Source: Bdellovibrionota bacterium
Lineage (GTDB): Bacteria > Bdellovibrionota_C > UBA2361 > JBGSMV01
DNA: 64,000 nucleotides
Direction of reading: 5' to 3'
Assembly: GCA_041739995.1 (NCBI GenBank)
Contig: JBGSMV010000031.1
Span: 32,001-96,000 of the forward strand
Position numbers and translations under genes: made by a program. Of the stretch, positions 49,301 through 57,627 are shown piece after piece. Below the pieces are notes generated by a model. That model worked only from the letters and a program-made list of their open reading frames with translations, made no database searches and was not told the DNA's origin. The number at the start of each line of letters is the position of its first letter. Position 1 is the first letter of the stretch.

Positions 49301-49424
49301 GACGGCCAACGCCATGGCAGGCGATAAGGAACGTTGCCTTGAGGCGGGTATGGATGACTACGTGCCCAAACCAATAGATCGAAAAGTTCTTAGCGAAGTC
49401 CTTCAACGGTTTCTTAGCGAATAG
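46395..49424 (+). CDS. Hybrid sensor histidine kinase (CHASE-PAS-PAS-HisKA-HATPase-REC)
   Basis: TM-CHASE-TM; PAS/PAC; FLANMSHEIRTPMNG; NLIGNAIKF; DTGVGI; GGTGLGL; REC LLVEDN...FMDCQMP. Confidence 0.95.
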   Translation: MIRMIRQLWLPALVLIGALLGSGVYARHITHIELDRHRATFEFLSTRQVREARRRLQVYVYGLGGVSGVFAASQSVERHEFRAYTLSRTLATEFPGSTGLGFITRVSRENISEFITNTQADGAPGFSVVSSSSSPELRVVTFAEPVEHNDELLGLDLTDYPDLNATLTRSMTTGEAAVSEPFQLPHDTQKRLGVLIVTPIFHKQMATETEVHRHLALQGWVFSPIILEKVFENFQAVTEERVFFELKDRGSASAQALMFTNKPEALRGKRSTEMGGAEYSQSEPFSFGGREYLVTTTSTPKFGNSRQQTSITLVMLLGGTIGILLSGIIVVLQGTRSRAERIARDITEEPSVERERLQLALKGSGLGLWDWNLITDEVIYDAGWASMIGEQVAELPRTLETWGTRVHLDDLLKARAAIEMHVLQESAVYECTHRLRHHNGEWRWILAHGRIMERDPDGTPRRMLGIHLDVTDQVKRRQELEDTKDLLERTSSLAGVGGWELDLETNKIRWSKQVFRIHELEGPVPPGLTEAINFFAPEAQVQITNAIARAKEHGIGWDLELPFITAKSRHIWVRAVGRPILVNEKCVRLSGVLQDITSRKESEDSLRWHAETLKQANDTALEASRVKSQFLANMSHEIRTPMNGIIGMAGLLLETNLTAEQHDLLESLDYSAKSLLSIINDILDLSKVESGKIELSPITFDVHQFLKSTFSLLELRARERNITLVSSLHSDIPALLVGDDVRLRQVLVNLIGNAIKFSADEGAVVVTITPKSLGSECIELHFSVSDTGVGISEDKLEKIFDPFTQAESGTTRKFGGTGLGLTISRKLVALMGGQLNVHSREGVGSRFDFSVKLQIGHELPLSTARSVPALNARDALPASTNNNAAPCVLLVEDNPINRKLACKILEKSGCRVVVANDGQQALDALKQSPERFAMIFMDCQMPVMDGYCATQEIRRQEELSGKHIPIVAMTANAMAGDKERCLEAGMDDYVPKPIDRKVLSEVLQRFLSE

Positions 49425-49427
49425 TCG

Positions 49428-50603
49428 CTACCGACAAGCAGCCTTAAGCTGTTCTCCCTTATCCGTCCGCTCCCAAGAAAAGGCCCCACTGGCAGTAGGG
49501 GTTCGTCCAAAATGGCCGTAGTTAGTAGTCTCTCGGTAGATTGGTCTCAACAACGAGAGCGCTTCAATAATCCCATGCGGCCTGAGGTCGAAAATTTCTG
49601 TCACTGCCTTGGCGATCCGTTCGTCAGGAGATTTCCCAGTTCCAAACGTATCGACATAGACCGCGACTGGACGGGCTACGCCAATCGCATACGCAACTTG
49701 AACTTCACACTTTGTTGCTAACCCCGCAGCAACAATATTCTTGGCAATATGTCGAGCCGCATAGGCAGCCGAACGATCTACCTTTGATGGATCTTTGCCT
49801 GAGAAAGCACCACCACCGTGGCGCCCGTATCCACCGTAGGTATCGACAATAATCTTTCTACCCGTGAGTCCCGCATCTCCAACAGGTCCACCAATGACAA
49901 AGCGACCAGTGGGATTGATAAAGAATTTAGTCTCTTTGTCGAGGAAACGATCCGGCACCACCGGTCGAATCACCTTCTCAATAACAAACCGCTCCAGGTC
50001 TTTGAGATCCGTGTCGTCAGAATGTTGCGTTGAAAGAACCACGGTATGAATACGAGCGGGCTTGCCATCACGATATTCGACCGTGACCTGTGACTTGGCA
50101 TCGGGTTTGAGAAACTTCGCCTGGCCACCGCGTCGCAGATCCCCAAGCCTCATTAAAAGCTGGTGCGCGACTGATACGGGAAGCGGCATGCATTCTGGAG
50201 TCTCGTCACAGGCAAATCCGAACATAAGGCCCTGATCGCCCGCGCCCTGCTCCTTGTTCTTCTCCGCACTGGAATCAACCCCCATGCTGATATCGGGAGA
50301 TTGTCTGGTAAGCAATGTGATAAGTTTTACCGATGACGCTTCAAAGCCTATCGATGGATCGTCATACCCGATGTCGCGCAAAACTTGTCGCACCAGTTCA
50401 TCGAAGTTAACCGTGCCTCTGGACGTCACCTCACCAGCAACAACCACATTGTCGCTCTTCACCAACGTTTCACAAGCCACTCGACTAAGTGGGTCTTGCG
50501 CAAGGTAGGCATCAAGGATGGCATCGCTGATTTGATCGGCGACCTTATCGGGATGCCCTTCTGCTACTGATTCTGAGGTAAAAAGGAAGTTTTTTGCTGG
50601 CAC
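49428..50603 (-). CDS. metK: S-adenosylmethionine synthetase
   Basis: [35 protein letters not shown]. Confidence 0.98.
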   Translation of the reverse strand: MPAKNFLFTSESVAEGHPDKVADQISDAILDAYLAQDPLSRVACETLVKSDNVVVAGEVTSRGTVNFDELVRQVLRDIGYDDPSIGFEASSVKLITLLTRQSPDISMGVDSSAEKNKEQGAGDQGLMFGFACDETPECMPLPVSVAHQLLMRLGDLRRGGQAKFLKPDAKSQVTVEYRDGKPARIHTVVLSTQHSDDTDLKDLERFVIEKVIRPVVPDRFLDKETKFFINPTGRFVIGGPVGDAGLTGRKIIVDTYGGYGRHGGGAFSGKDPSKVDRSAAYAARHIAKNIVAAGLATKCEVQVAYAIGVARPVAVYVDTFGTGKSPDERIAKAVTEIFDLRPHGIIEALSLLRPIYRETTNYGHFGRTPTASGAFSWERTDKGEQLKAACR

Positions 50604-50635
50604 GCAGGTACTCCGCGGAAGAATAAATTTGAACT

Positions 50636-50665
50636 TCTATATCGGTGAGAGTGAGCACCCGTCAA
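50636..50665 (-). promoter_or_regulatory. Putative sigma70 promoter of metK
   Basis: TTGACG-N18-TATAGA on the minus strand. Confidence 0.4.
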
Positions 50666-50796
50666 GGGAAAGGTGCTAGAAGCGCCATAAAGCCCCCTGA
50701 TTGCTTGAAACCCAACCGAGCGGGAGTCCTCAAGCACAGGCAATTTGTGACAAAGAAGACAGCTTTATTCGCTTCGAAACCTCAAGCCAAAGCGCC

Positions 50797-51774
50797 CTAC
50801 TGAGACGGAGCATGGATATCTCTATGCTTCGCCCCGATGACGAACTGAGCCGAAGGCAGGCGCTCTGCAAGTTGCTTAGCCATCCATTCGCAGAGTGCTA
50901 CAGAGCGGTGTCTCCCCCCGGTGCAGCCTACGCCTATTGTTACGTACGACTTGCCACTCTCAACAAACTTTGGCAGCAGAAAACCGAGTAAGTCCATGTA
51001 ACGCCCAGCAAAATCAGTGGCAACACCAGACTCGAACACAAACTCAGCTACAGGAGTATCGAGCCCCGAAAAATCTCGAAGCAAATCAACAAAGTAGGGA
51101 TTAGGAAGAAAGCGCACATCAGCAAGCAGGTCACAATCGATAGGAACTCCATGCTTGAATCCGAAGCTCAGAAACGTGACCCGCATGGGCTTTGTCGGCC
51201 CCTCATGACAGGAAGCTGCGAAATCTCTCACCTCGGATCGGAGCTGATGCACATTGAGCTCGCTTGTATCGATGACCCGATCGGCTACCTCACGCAATGG
51301 AAAGAGCCGGTCTCGCTCTCTGCAAATTGTTTCCTCAATGGTCTTATCGCGATCGGGATCAAAGCCTGGATGAGGCCTGCGCGTCTGTCCGTAACGCCGA
51401 ATTATGGTTTCTACTTTCGCATCCAAGAATAGGACCGCCAAAGATAAACCTTCAAGTGCGCGCGCCTCTCCCCGCATGCTTACCAATAAAGAAAGCAGCT
51501 GCTCTTGCTTAAGCACCGTATCGAGATCCATTGATAGCGCTGCTTTCTGTACCGGCTTCGATGAACGAGTAAGAAACTCAAGAAAATTTTTAAAGAGGGG
51601 GACTGGTAGATGCTCGACGCTGACAAAGCCGAGGTCGGACAGGGTATCCATCGCCGCAGACTTGCCTGCCCCAGACAAGCCCACCACAAGTACTATCGAG
51701 CAAGGTCGCTCGACTGCCACACTGCCTGGGCCAGCTGTCTGTAGGGGCATTGGTGCCGATTTTTCTCCCACCAC
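50797..51774 (-). CDS. rapZ: RNase adapter RapZ / YvcJ family P-loop protein
   Basis: GLSGAGKS, TRRPHP, SFGFKHG, DVRFLPNP, GCTGGRHRSV. Confidence 0.95.
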   Translation of the reverse strand: MVGEKSAPMPLQTAGPGSVAVERPCSIVLVVGLSGAGKSAAMDTLSDLGFVSVEHLPVPLFKNFLEFLTRSSKPVQKAALSMDLDTVLKQEQLLSLLVSMRGEARALEGLSLAVLFLDAKVETIIRRYGQTRRPHPGFDPDRDKTIEETICRERDRLFPLREVADRVIDTSELNVHQLRSEVRDFAASCHEGPTKPMRVTFLSFGFKHGVPIDCDLLADVRFLPNPYFVDLLRDFSGLDTPVAEFVFESGVATDFAGRYMDLLGFLLPKFVESGKSYVTIGVGCTGGRHRSVALCEWMAKQLAERLPSAQFVIGAKHRDIHAPSQ

Positions 51775-51790
51775 GGTTCTCCCACCACGG
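51763..51790. repeat. Exact 14-bp tandem duplication over the rapZ start region
   Basis: TTCTCCCACCACGG x2. Confidence 0.85.
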
Positions 51791-51809
51791 TTCTACAACC
51801 ACTGCTGGG

Positions 51810-52124
51810 TCAATGCTTAGAGGTAAGTTTTTCTTTGTGGCGCCTTAACTGATGAGACATGGTGTCAACAAGGGCATCAATGGCTGAATACAAATCTGCG
51901 CGCTCCTCCTTGCCATTGAACGTAACGCCGTCGGCATTAAAAGTAACCTCTGCAATCTGCCTGTTTTTTTCGACCAGCAGTACCACATGCGCTTCAATAT
52001 CTTGATGGACAAACTTCTGCACGCAATGAGAAACCTTTTCGGTCGCATAGGTCTTTAGCGCTTCTGTAGCCTCGGTATTACGAAAGGTTAGATTTACATG
52101 AACAATGCGATCAGTATTCGACAT
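51810..52124 (-). CDS. hpf: Ribosome hibernation promoting factor (short HPF/RaiA)
   Basis: TFRNTEATEALKTYA, DLYSAIDALVD...QLRRHKEK; downstream of rpoN. Confidence 0.93.
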   Translation of the reverse strand: MSNTDRIVHVNLTFRNTEATEALKTYATEKVSHCVQKFVHQDIEAHVVLLVEKNRQIAEVTFNADGVTFNGKEERADLYSAIDALVDTMSHQLRRHKEKLTSKH

Positions 52125-52493
52125 AGCTTTCCTCTAGTCAGGTTCAAAAATACTAAACTGCTTCCAAGAACAGACTTCCTATTTGCTCGCGACGAGAGCA
52201 CTCGCTCACTCTATCGCATGCAAAAGAAATTTTGAAGAGCAACCGACGTGCGTAGAATCATTTCGGCCGTACCCAACCTCAACAAACGGTCTAAAAAAAC
52301 GTGGTTGTGCGATGAAAAGTGGCGAACCCTCGGAGCCGGCCTTAGGAGTCTGATACACAGCCCTGTTTATGAGGATCCGCCTTCGCTCACATGTGCCTGT
52401 GCTGCCATTTGGTTCGAGGAGGCTTCCCCCTTCGCTCAGGCTACGAAAGATAAGTCGGCGGGACGTCGTCGTCTGTGCCTGCGTCACAGACTC

Positions 52494-53993
52494 CTAGAAT
52501 GGCCGTTTTCGCTGGGAGGAGGACTCAAGACCGAGGTTCTCGCGGTACTTGGCTACCGTACGTCTCGCAATGGTGATTTGCTCACTTCGTAGAATGTCCA
52601 CCAACTGTTGATCGCTCAGTGGACTGTCTATCGACTCCCCGGAGATAAGTTCCCGAATGCGCTCTTTGACGCTTGAGGAGGACACGTCGCCATCGGCGCC
52701 TTTAATCCCCGTAGTAAAGAAAAATTTGAGCTCGAAAACTCCTTGCGGAGTATGGATATACTTGTCGGTCGTCACACGACTCACTGTCGACTCGTGCATG
52801 CCAATATCGTCGGCAACATCCTTAAGCACGAGCGGCTTCAGCCGTGAGATACCAAACTCCAGAAACTCTTTCTGAAATTTCACGATGCTCTCGGCAACTC
52901 TATAAATTGTCTGCTGCCGCTGATGAATACTTCGAATGAGCCATGACGCCGCCTTCAATCTCTCATTTAAATAGGATTTGTTTGGAACATCCGCCGACTC
53001 TTCACTCTTGAGGAGCTTGAGATAATAGGGGCTGACCCGTAACTTTGGAAGTCCGTCATCATTGAGAGAAATTACGTATTCTCCACCAACTTTGTACACA
53101 TACACATCAGGTACGGCGTAGCGAGTAGAGTCATCTGCATAGGATCGACCAGGTCGAGGCTCAAGTGTGCGAATTACACTTACTGCTTGGGTTACCAGCT
53201 CCAAATCAACCGATTCAGCCTTCGCAATCAAGTCGTAGCGACGCTTCTCGAGCTTGTCGATGTGTACACCGATAATGCGTGCGGCAAGTCCGTCACCAAG
53301 TCCAATTTGCTCTAACTGAATATTTAGGCATTCTTTAAGGTCTCGAGCACCTACCCCTGGAGGATCGAGGGATTGTACAAACTCGAGAACCTCTTCGGCC
53401 TTAGCCATCGAGATCTCGCAAGTCTCGGCGATTCCTTCGAGCGGCTCCATTAAGTAACCACGCCGATCGAGGTTCCCTATGAGATGAAGCGCTATCTGCT
53501 CCTCTTCGGGGTTCAAGCCGGCCATTCGAAGTTGTCCTACCAGGTGCTCGGCGAGTGTTTCTGATTTGCTGACCGTAGCCTCAAGGCCAGGTCGCTCATC
53601 AAAATCGAATAGTCCCTTGGGCGTCGCCGCACCTCGGGAATCCGTAAATGAATCAAGGTAATTCTCCCAGTCTACTCCGGGTTCATCTCCTGTTACGACC
53701 GATGGCTCCCCACTGGGCCCTTCAGATACTTCCGCGCTTCCGTTGGCCGATGAATCTTGGGCGTGTGAGAATTCCTCTGAAGACGTGTGTTCTGCGCTCT
53801 CTCCGAGAGATCTCGCGGAAGCATCGCCCTCTTCTCGAACCTCCTCGAGCAATGGATTCTCGAGCAGCTCCTTCTCTATCGCCTCTAAATACTCCATGCG
53901 ACCAAGCTGCAAGAGCTTGATGGCCTGCTGCAACTGTGGAGTCATCAGCAGATTCTGACCGAGCTTTTGTAAGAGTTTCGCTTCGAGTGCCAT
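52494..53993 (-). CDS. rpoN: RNA polymerase sigma-54 factor
   Basis: MTPQLQQAIKLLQL, HESTVSRVT, RpoN box ARRTVAKYRE; start at MALEAKL (ORF track 54074). Confidence 0.97.
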   Translation of the reverse strand: MALEAKLLQKLGQNLLMTPQLQQAIKLLQLGRMEYLEAIEKELLENPLLEEVREEGDASARSLGESAEHTSSEEFSHAQDSSANGSAEVSEGPSGEPSVVTGDEPGVDWENYLDSFTDSRGAATPKGLFDFDERPGLEATVSKSETLAEHLVGQLRMAGLNPEEEQIALHLIGNLDRRGYLMEPLEGIAETCEISMAKAEEVLEFVQSLDPPGVGARDLKECLNIQLEQIGLGDGLAARIIGVHIDKLEKRRYDLIAKAESVDLELVTQAVSVIRTLEPRPGRSYADDSTRYAVPDVYVYKVGGEYVISLNDDGLPKLRVSPYYLKLLKSEESADVPNKSYLNERLKAASWLIRSIHQRQQTIYRVAESIVKFQKEFLEFGISRLKPLVLKDVADDIGMHESTVSRVTTDKYIHTPQGVFELKFFFTTGIKGADGDVSSSSVKERIRELISGESIDSPLSDQQLVDILRSEQITIARRTVAKYRENLGLESSSQRKRPF

Positions 53994-54351
53994 GTCCGCT
54001 GTTACCGCCTCTATGTTGCTTCGCAACCGTGTTTCGACTTCCGTGTTCGTTCCGTGCAATCCACTGCGCCCCATTTCCGTCGAGAACTCTCAAGCCTCTC
54101 ATCGGCAAGGTGTATGGATGCCCTAGAGGTTTGGACGTACTTTTAGGCCCTTCTGGTTGCAAAAATTGTGCGCAGCGCTGAACTACTAGTAATATCGGCT
54201 AGTTAGGCTCAAGGATGCCCACCTTGTTGCCCAACGGAGGAGGCCTCAAGGGTGACCTGCTGGGTAGGTCAGAGACGTAATGACGGGGGGAAGCTTTCCG
54301 CTGAAATCAGGCGAGGCTACTTGGCCAGCACCCCAAAGACGAGTGCTTCCA

Positions 54352-55077
54352 CTAAAGATTGAATGAATCACCGAGATAGTATCGGCGTGCCTTCTCGCTT
54401 GAAGCGATGACGTCAGGAGCTCCCTCCTCAAGTACTTTCCCATCGATCAGAATGTAGGCGCGGTCGCAGATCCCGAGAGTCTCTCGAACATTGTGATCGG
54501 TAATAAGCACACCAATACCTTTGTCCTTCAAACGCTCGATGATGTGTTGGATATCCTGGATCGCGAGGGGGTCAATCCCCGCGAAAGGCTCATCAAGCAG
54601 AATAAATTTCGGGGAACGAGCAAGTGCCCTGGTAATTTCAACACGTCGACGCTCACCGCCAGACAAGGCACTCGCCACGTTTTTACGCAAAGCTGAAAGG
54701 CCAAGCTCAGCGAGCAGACTCTCTAAACGCTCATTTCTAGTCTTCCGATCGAGTTCGGGAATAGTTTCTAAGATAGCCAACACGTTCTCTTCGACCGATA
54801 GCTTGCGAAAGACTGATGGCTCCTGCGGTAAGTACCCGATACCCATTCGAGCGCGCATGTACATTGGCTCTCGGGTGATCACCTGACCGTTTAACACCAC
54901 CGCACCAGTGTCAGCCCCGACCAACCCGACGCACATGTAGAATGTAGTGGTCTTCCCCGCACCATTCGGCCCAAGAAGACCGACCACTTCACCGGCATTC
55001 ACAGAAATAGACACATGGTCCACCACCAGCCTACCGCCGTAGGACTTCGTAACTTCTAACGTAGCAAGGGTATTCAT
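54352..55077 (-). CDS. lptB: LPS export ABC transporter ATP-binding protein
   Basis: [60 protein letters not shown]; upstream of rpoN. Confidence 0.96.
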   Translation of the reverse strand: MNTLATLEVTKSYGGRLVVDHVSISVNAGEVVGLLGPNGAGKTTTFYMCVGLVGADTGAVVLNGQVITREPMYMRARMGIGYLPQEPSVFRKLSVEENVLAILETIPELDRKTRNERLESLLAELGLSALRKNVASALSGGERRRVEITRALARSPKFILLDEPFAGIDPLAIQDIQHIIERLKDKGIGVLITDHNVRETLGICDRAYILIDGKVLEEGAPDVIASSEKARRYYLGDSFNL

Positions 55078-55183
55078 ATCAGGTGCGAAGAAAAAATTTT
55101 CGCGACACATCGGAAAAGATATGCCGCTAGCCGCTTATAAATGTAGCCAAGCCCCCTCCTAATGGGGAGCCCTCCGGTGCAGC

Positions 55184-56056
55184 CTAAGTTGGCATGTTTT
55201 GCCCGTCCCAGCGAGCCCCTCGAAGGATTGCCTCGATTGCCACTGCTACGCCGTCTTCTTCAACCGACGCGCAGACATGCCGCACACGCGACTTCACTGC
55301 TGCTGCAGCATTGTCCGGGGCTACTCCCCAACCAGCTCTTTCAAGGAACGGCAGGTCTGCCTCAGAGTCTCCAAAGGCAATAACCTCTTCTGGGCTGACC
55401 TTATAAAGGTCAAGAAAGTATTCAAAGACGTCTTCTCGGCGCGCTTTCACGCTAGTGATATTGACGAAGCGAATGCCCGGATGAGCGGCACCAGCTCCTA
55501 CTCCAACGTTTACCTCAGGAATTTTCCCAAGAAATTGCCTTGCACTGGACTCTTGCTCTTCATCCCTACAGACAATGACCATCTTCACGATGTCTGGCAG
55601 ATTTGCATTGACCACAAAGGGATTACACTGAGGCAAAATGCCTAAATATTCACTATGTATGGTCGAAAGGTCATTAAGCACTTCGCTATAGTAGGCGCCA
55701 GAAGAATACCACTCAAAGTACAACTTCTCGCTACGGCAAAACTCTGTAACTTGCTGTCCTATTGTCGAACTTAGGGACGAAGCCCGCAACGTTGTCCCAG
55801 ATGCGGGATCAACAACAACAGCACCTGAGCAAAACATCGAAGGTCTTTTCACTTCCAGAGCCGCGATAATTTCGCGCGCCCCAAACCAAGGACGGCCAGT
55901 GGCCAGCGCTATCGCTACTCCCTGCACTTCAAGCGCTTTGATTGATTTCCGAACGAGAGGGGAAACTTTTCCGCTCCGTCCAACGATGGTGCCATCAATA
56001 TCAAAGAAGGCCACTTTAGGACGTCTCATCTGCTGTTCATTTCCTTGCACGCTCAC
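55184..56056 (-). CDS. Cof-type HAD-IIB hydrolase
   Basis: DIDGT, ATGR, AFGDSEADL motifs; start may be 56050 or 56029. Confidence 0.9.
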   Translation of the reverse strand: MSVQGNEQQMRRPKVAFFDIDGTIVGRSGKVSPLVRKSIKALEVQGVAIALATGRPWFGAREIIAALEVKRPSMFCSGAVVVDPASGTTLRASSLSSTIGQQVTEFCRSEKLYFEWYSSGAYYSEVLNDLSTIHSEYLGILPQCNPFVVNANLPDIVKMVIVCRDEEQESSARQFLGKIPEVNVGVGAGAAHPGIRFVNITSVKARREDVFEYFLDLYKVSPEEVIAFGDSEADLPFLERAGWGVAPDNAAAAVKSRVRHVCASVEEDGVAVAIEAILRGARWDGQNMPT

Positions 56057-56274
56057 TCCTCAAGCGTTGACACTCTGAGAAATTATCGAAGCATACTCGT
56101 ATGAATTGCACTGAATGAAAAGTTTATGGTCTCAAGCCCCGAATCAGTTTGTATACCACGGGGGCGATGAGGTAACGCGCGGGAGGACCGATGCCAGAGC
56201 GAATGGGGTAAATACGTGCCGGTGACAGGTTAATGACGCAGTTACTGGGATTTCGGGGAAGTCAGACGAGACGC

Positions 56275-56313
56275 CCCGCGCTGGGTCAGCGAAATGCGCG
56301 GACCCAGCGCGGG
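56275..56313. terminator. Strong GC hairpin just downstream of the flagellin-like gene
   Basis: CCCGCGCTGGGTC/GACCCAGCGCGGG 13-bp stem; no clear U-tract on the minus strand. Confidence 0.55.
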
Positions 56314-56326
56314 AACTTTCAGGTGC

Positions 56327-57199
56327 TTAAGATCCAGACACCAAACAGAAAAGCCCTGTGCGACGCGCGTCCTTAAACGATGCGAGAGCTGCTAGTGCAT
56401 GTTGCTGAGACTTATAGACATTCTCTCCATCAACCCGCGCCTCTAGAGTATTCAAAAATATCGGGTCAATGACGGTCCTCAAAAAATGTCGAGTTCGCCG
56501 CGATACACGAGGAACAAAAGATTCCCCCAGTATCTCAACCTCCTCCCTCGTATACTCGAGCTCGAACTGTCGCACTGTTCGCTGAGTGACACCATAAACC
56601 CCAAATGCAGAGTCTCTCGCAATGTCAGCCAAGGCTCGAATCTTAGCCACCGCGCGTAACATGTGCACCAAGACCGTGACCCTATCACGTCGGTCATATC
56701 CTCCTGCGCAGTCTCCGCCGTTTGGTTCGCCCACAATCTCCAGACGATCCCAAGATCCAGCCAAACACACAGAGAGTTGACTCAAGGCGATATTCACCGC
56801 ATCAAGCGCCTCTCTCGAGAGCCGCTGAGACTCTTCAATGGTGGAGCCAAGAATAGTAGCTGACGCTAGACCCAAAAAGTCGGCGTCGACCACGTCGTCG
56901 AGAAAATCCCGAGTGCGAGATGTCGCATGCAAACGCGGCTCGGCACCAAACCGGTCCATTTCGGACTTCCAAGCGTGGAACTCGTTATTCAAAGCCATCC
57001 GCTGGGTCTGGCTGTACACACCAGAAGCTGAAAGCGTAGCGAGCTCACTCATCCGTGTGAGAATTTGATTGGCATACGATTGCTGTTCGAGCACGAGCGG
57101 GCGCTGACTTCGAGTGTGCCCCACTGAGCACACTTGAGCGTTGCCGCTAGACACAAGGCCAAGAACCGCCATGATTCCAAGTACTATCCACGTCTTCAT
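56327..57199 (-). CDS. Sec-signal protein with two tandem flagellin D1-like modules
   Basis: Signal MKTWIVLGIMAVLGLVSSGNA; ILTRMSELATLSASGVYSQTQRMALNNEF...SEMDRF resembles the flagellin N-terminal helix; internal repeat with 140-aa period; AGGAG RBS. Confidence 0.75.
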   Translation of the reverse strand: MKTWIVLGIMAVLGLVSSGNAQVCSVGHTRSQRPLVLEQQSYANQILTRMSELATLSASGVYSQTQRMALNNEFHAWKSEMDRFGAEPRLHATSRTRDFLDDVVDADFLGLASATILGSTIEESQRLSREALDAVNIALSQLSVCLAGSWDRLEIVGEPNGGDCAGGYDRRDRVTVLVHMLRAVAKIRALADIARDSAFGVYGVTQRTVRQFELEYTREEVEILGESFVPRVSRRTRHFLRTVIDPIFLNTLEARVDGENVYKSQQHALAALASFKDARRTGLFCLVSGS

Positions 57200-57276
57200 T
57201 GTTCCTTCTCCTAGTTTGCAGACACTTCCTTTCGCGCTTTGACATCCCTATGGACGAGCGAGAATGACCAAGCCAG

Positions 57277-57292
57277 AGGCATCCATGTGCCT
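57277..57292 (-). promoter_or_regulatory. Putative CsrA/RsmA binding hairpin in 5' leader
   Basis: AGGCA-CATGGA-TGCCT: ANGGA presented in a hairpin loop. Confidence 0.5.
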
Positions 57293-57627
57293 TTAGCCCG
57301 CTATCTTCGCTCGCGAATTGTCGAGATGAGTACCTCGACCGATTTGGACCCATCGTTTTCGGAGGAAGAGTGAATTTCCAGAGAACTCGCAGAAACAACG
57401 TCTCGGGGTAAAGATGAAGCGAGCTTTAGCGCATAACCGTGGAGCCAAGAGCGATCTTGAGGGGCCGATTTCAAGAGCATGCACGGGATTCGAGGTTTGA
57501 AGACATCATTCCGAAGTGATAGAGGCCACAGAAGAATTGAATCGCTTCTCGAACACACGCCGAGACCGACCCGCAGGATCCACAATAATGGTTCCATCAA
57601 TGCAGACAGGTCAGCTGCAGCCTTCGA

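Noticed and set aside
50604..50796. SAM riboswitch upstream of metK
   Set aside because: No SAM-I or SAM-II core seen; the likely promoter leaves only a ~30-nt leader
52206..52592. 93-aa and 114-aa ORFs between rpoN and hpf
   Set aside because: No family motif, atypical composition, mutually overlapping
57300..57627. Sigma28 promoter for the flagellin-like gene
   Set aside because: Only poor matches to TAAA-N15-GCCGATAA with wrong spacing
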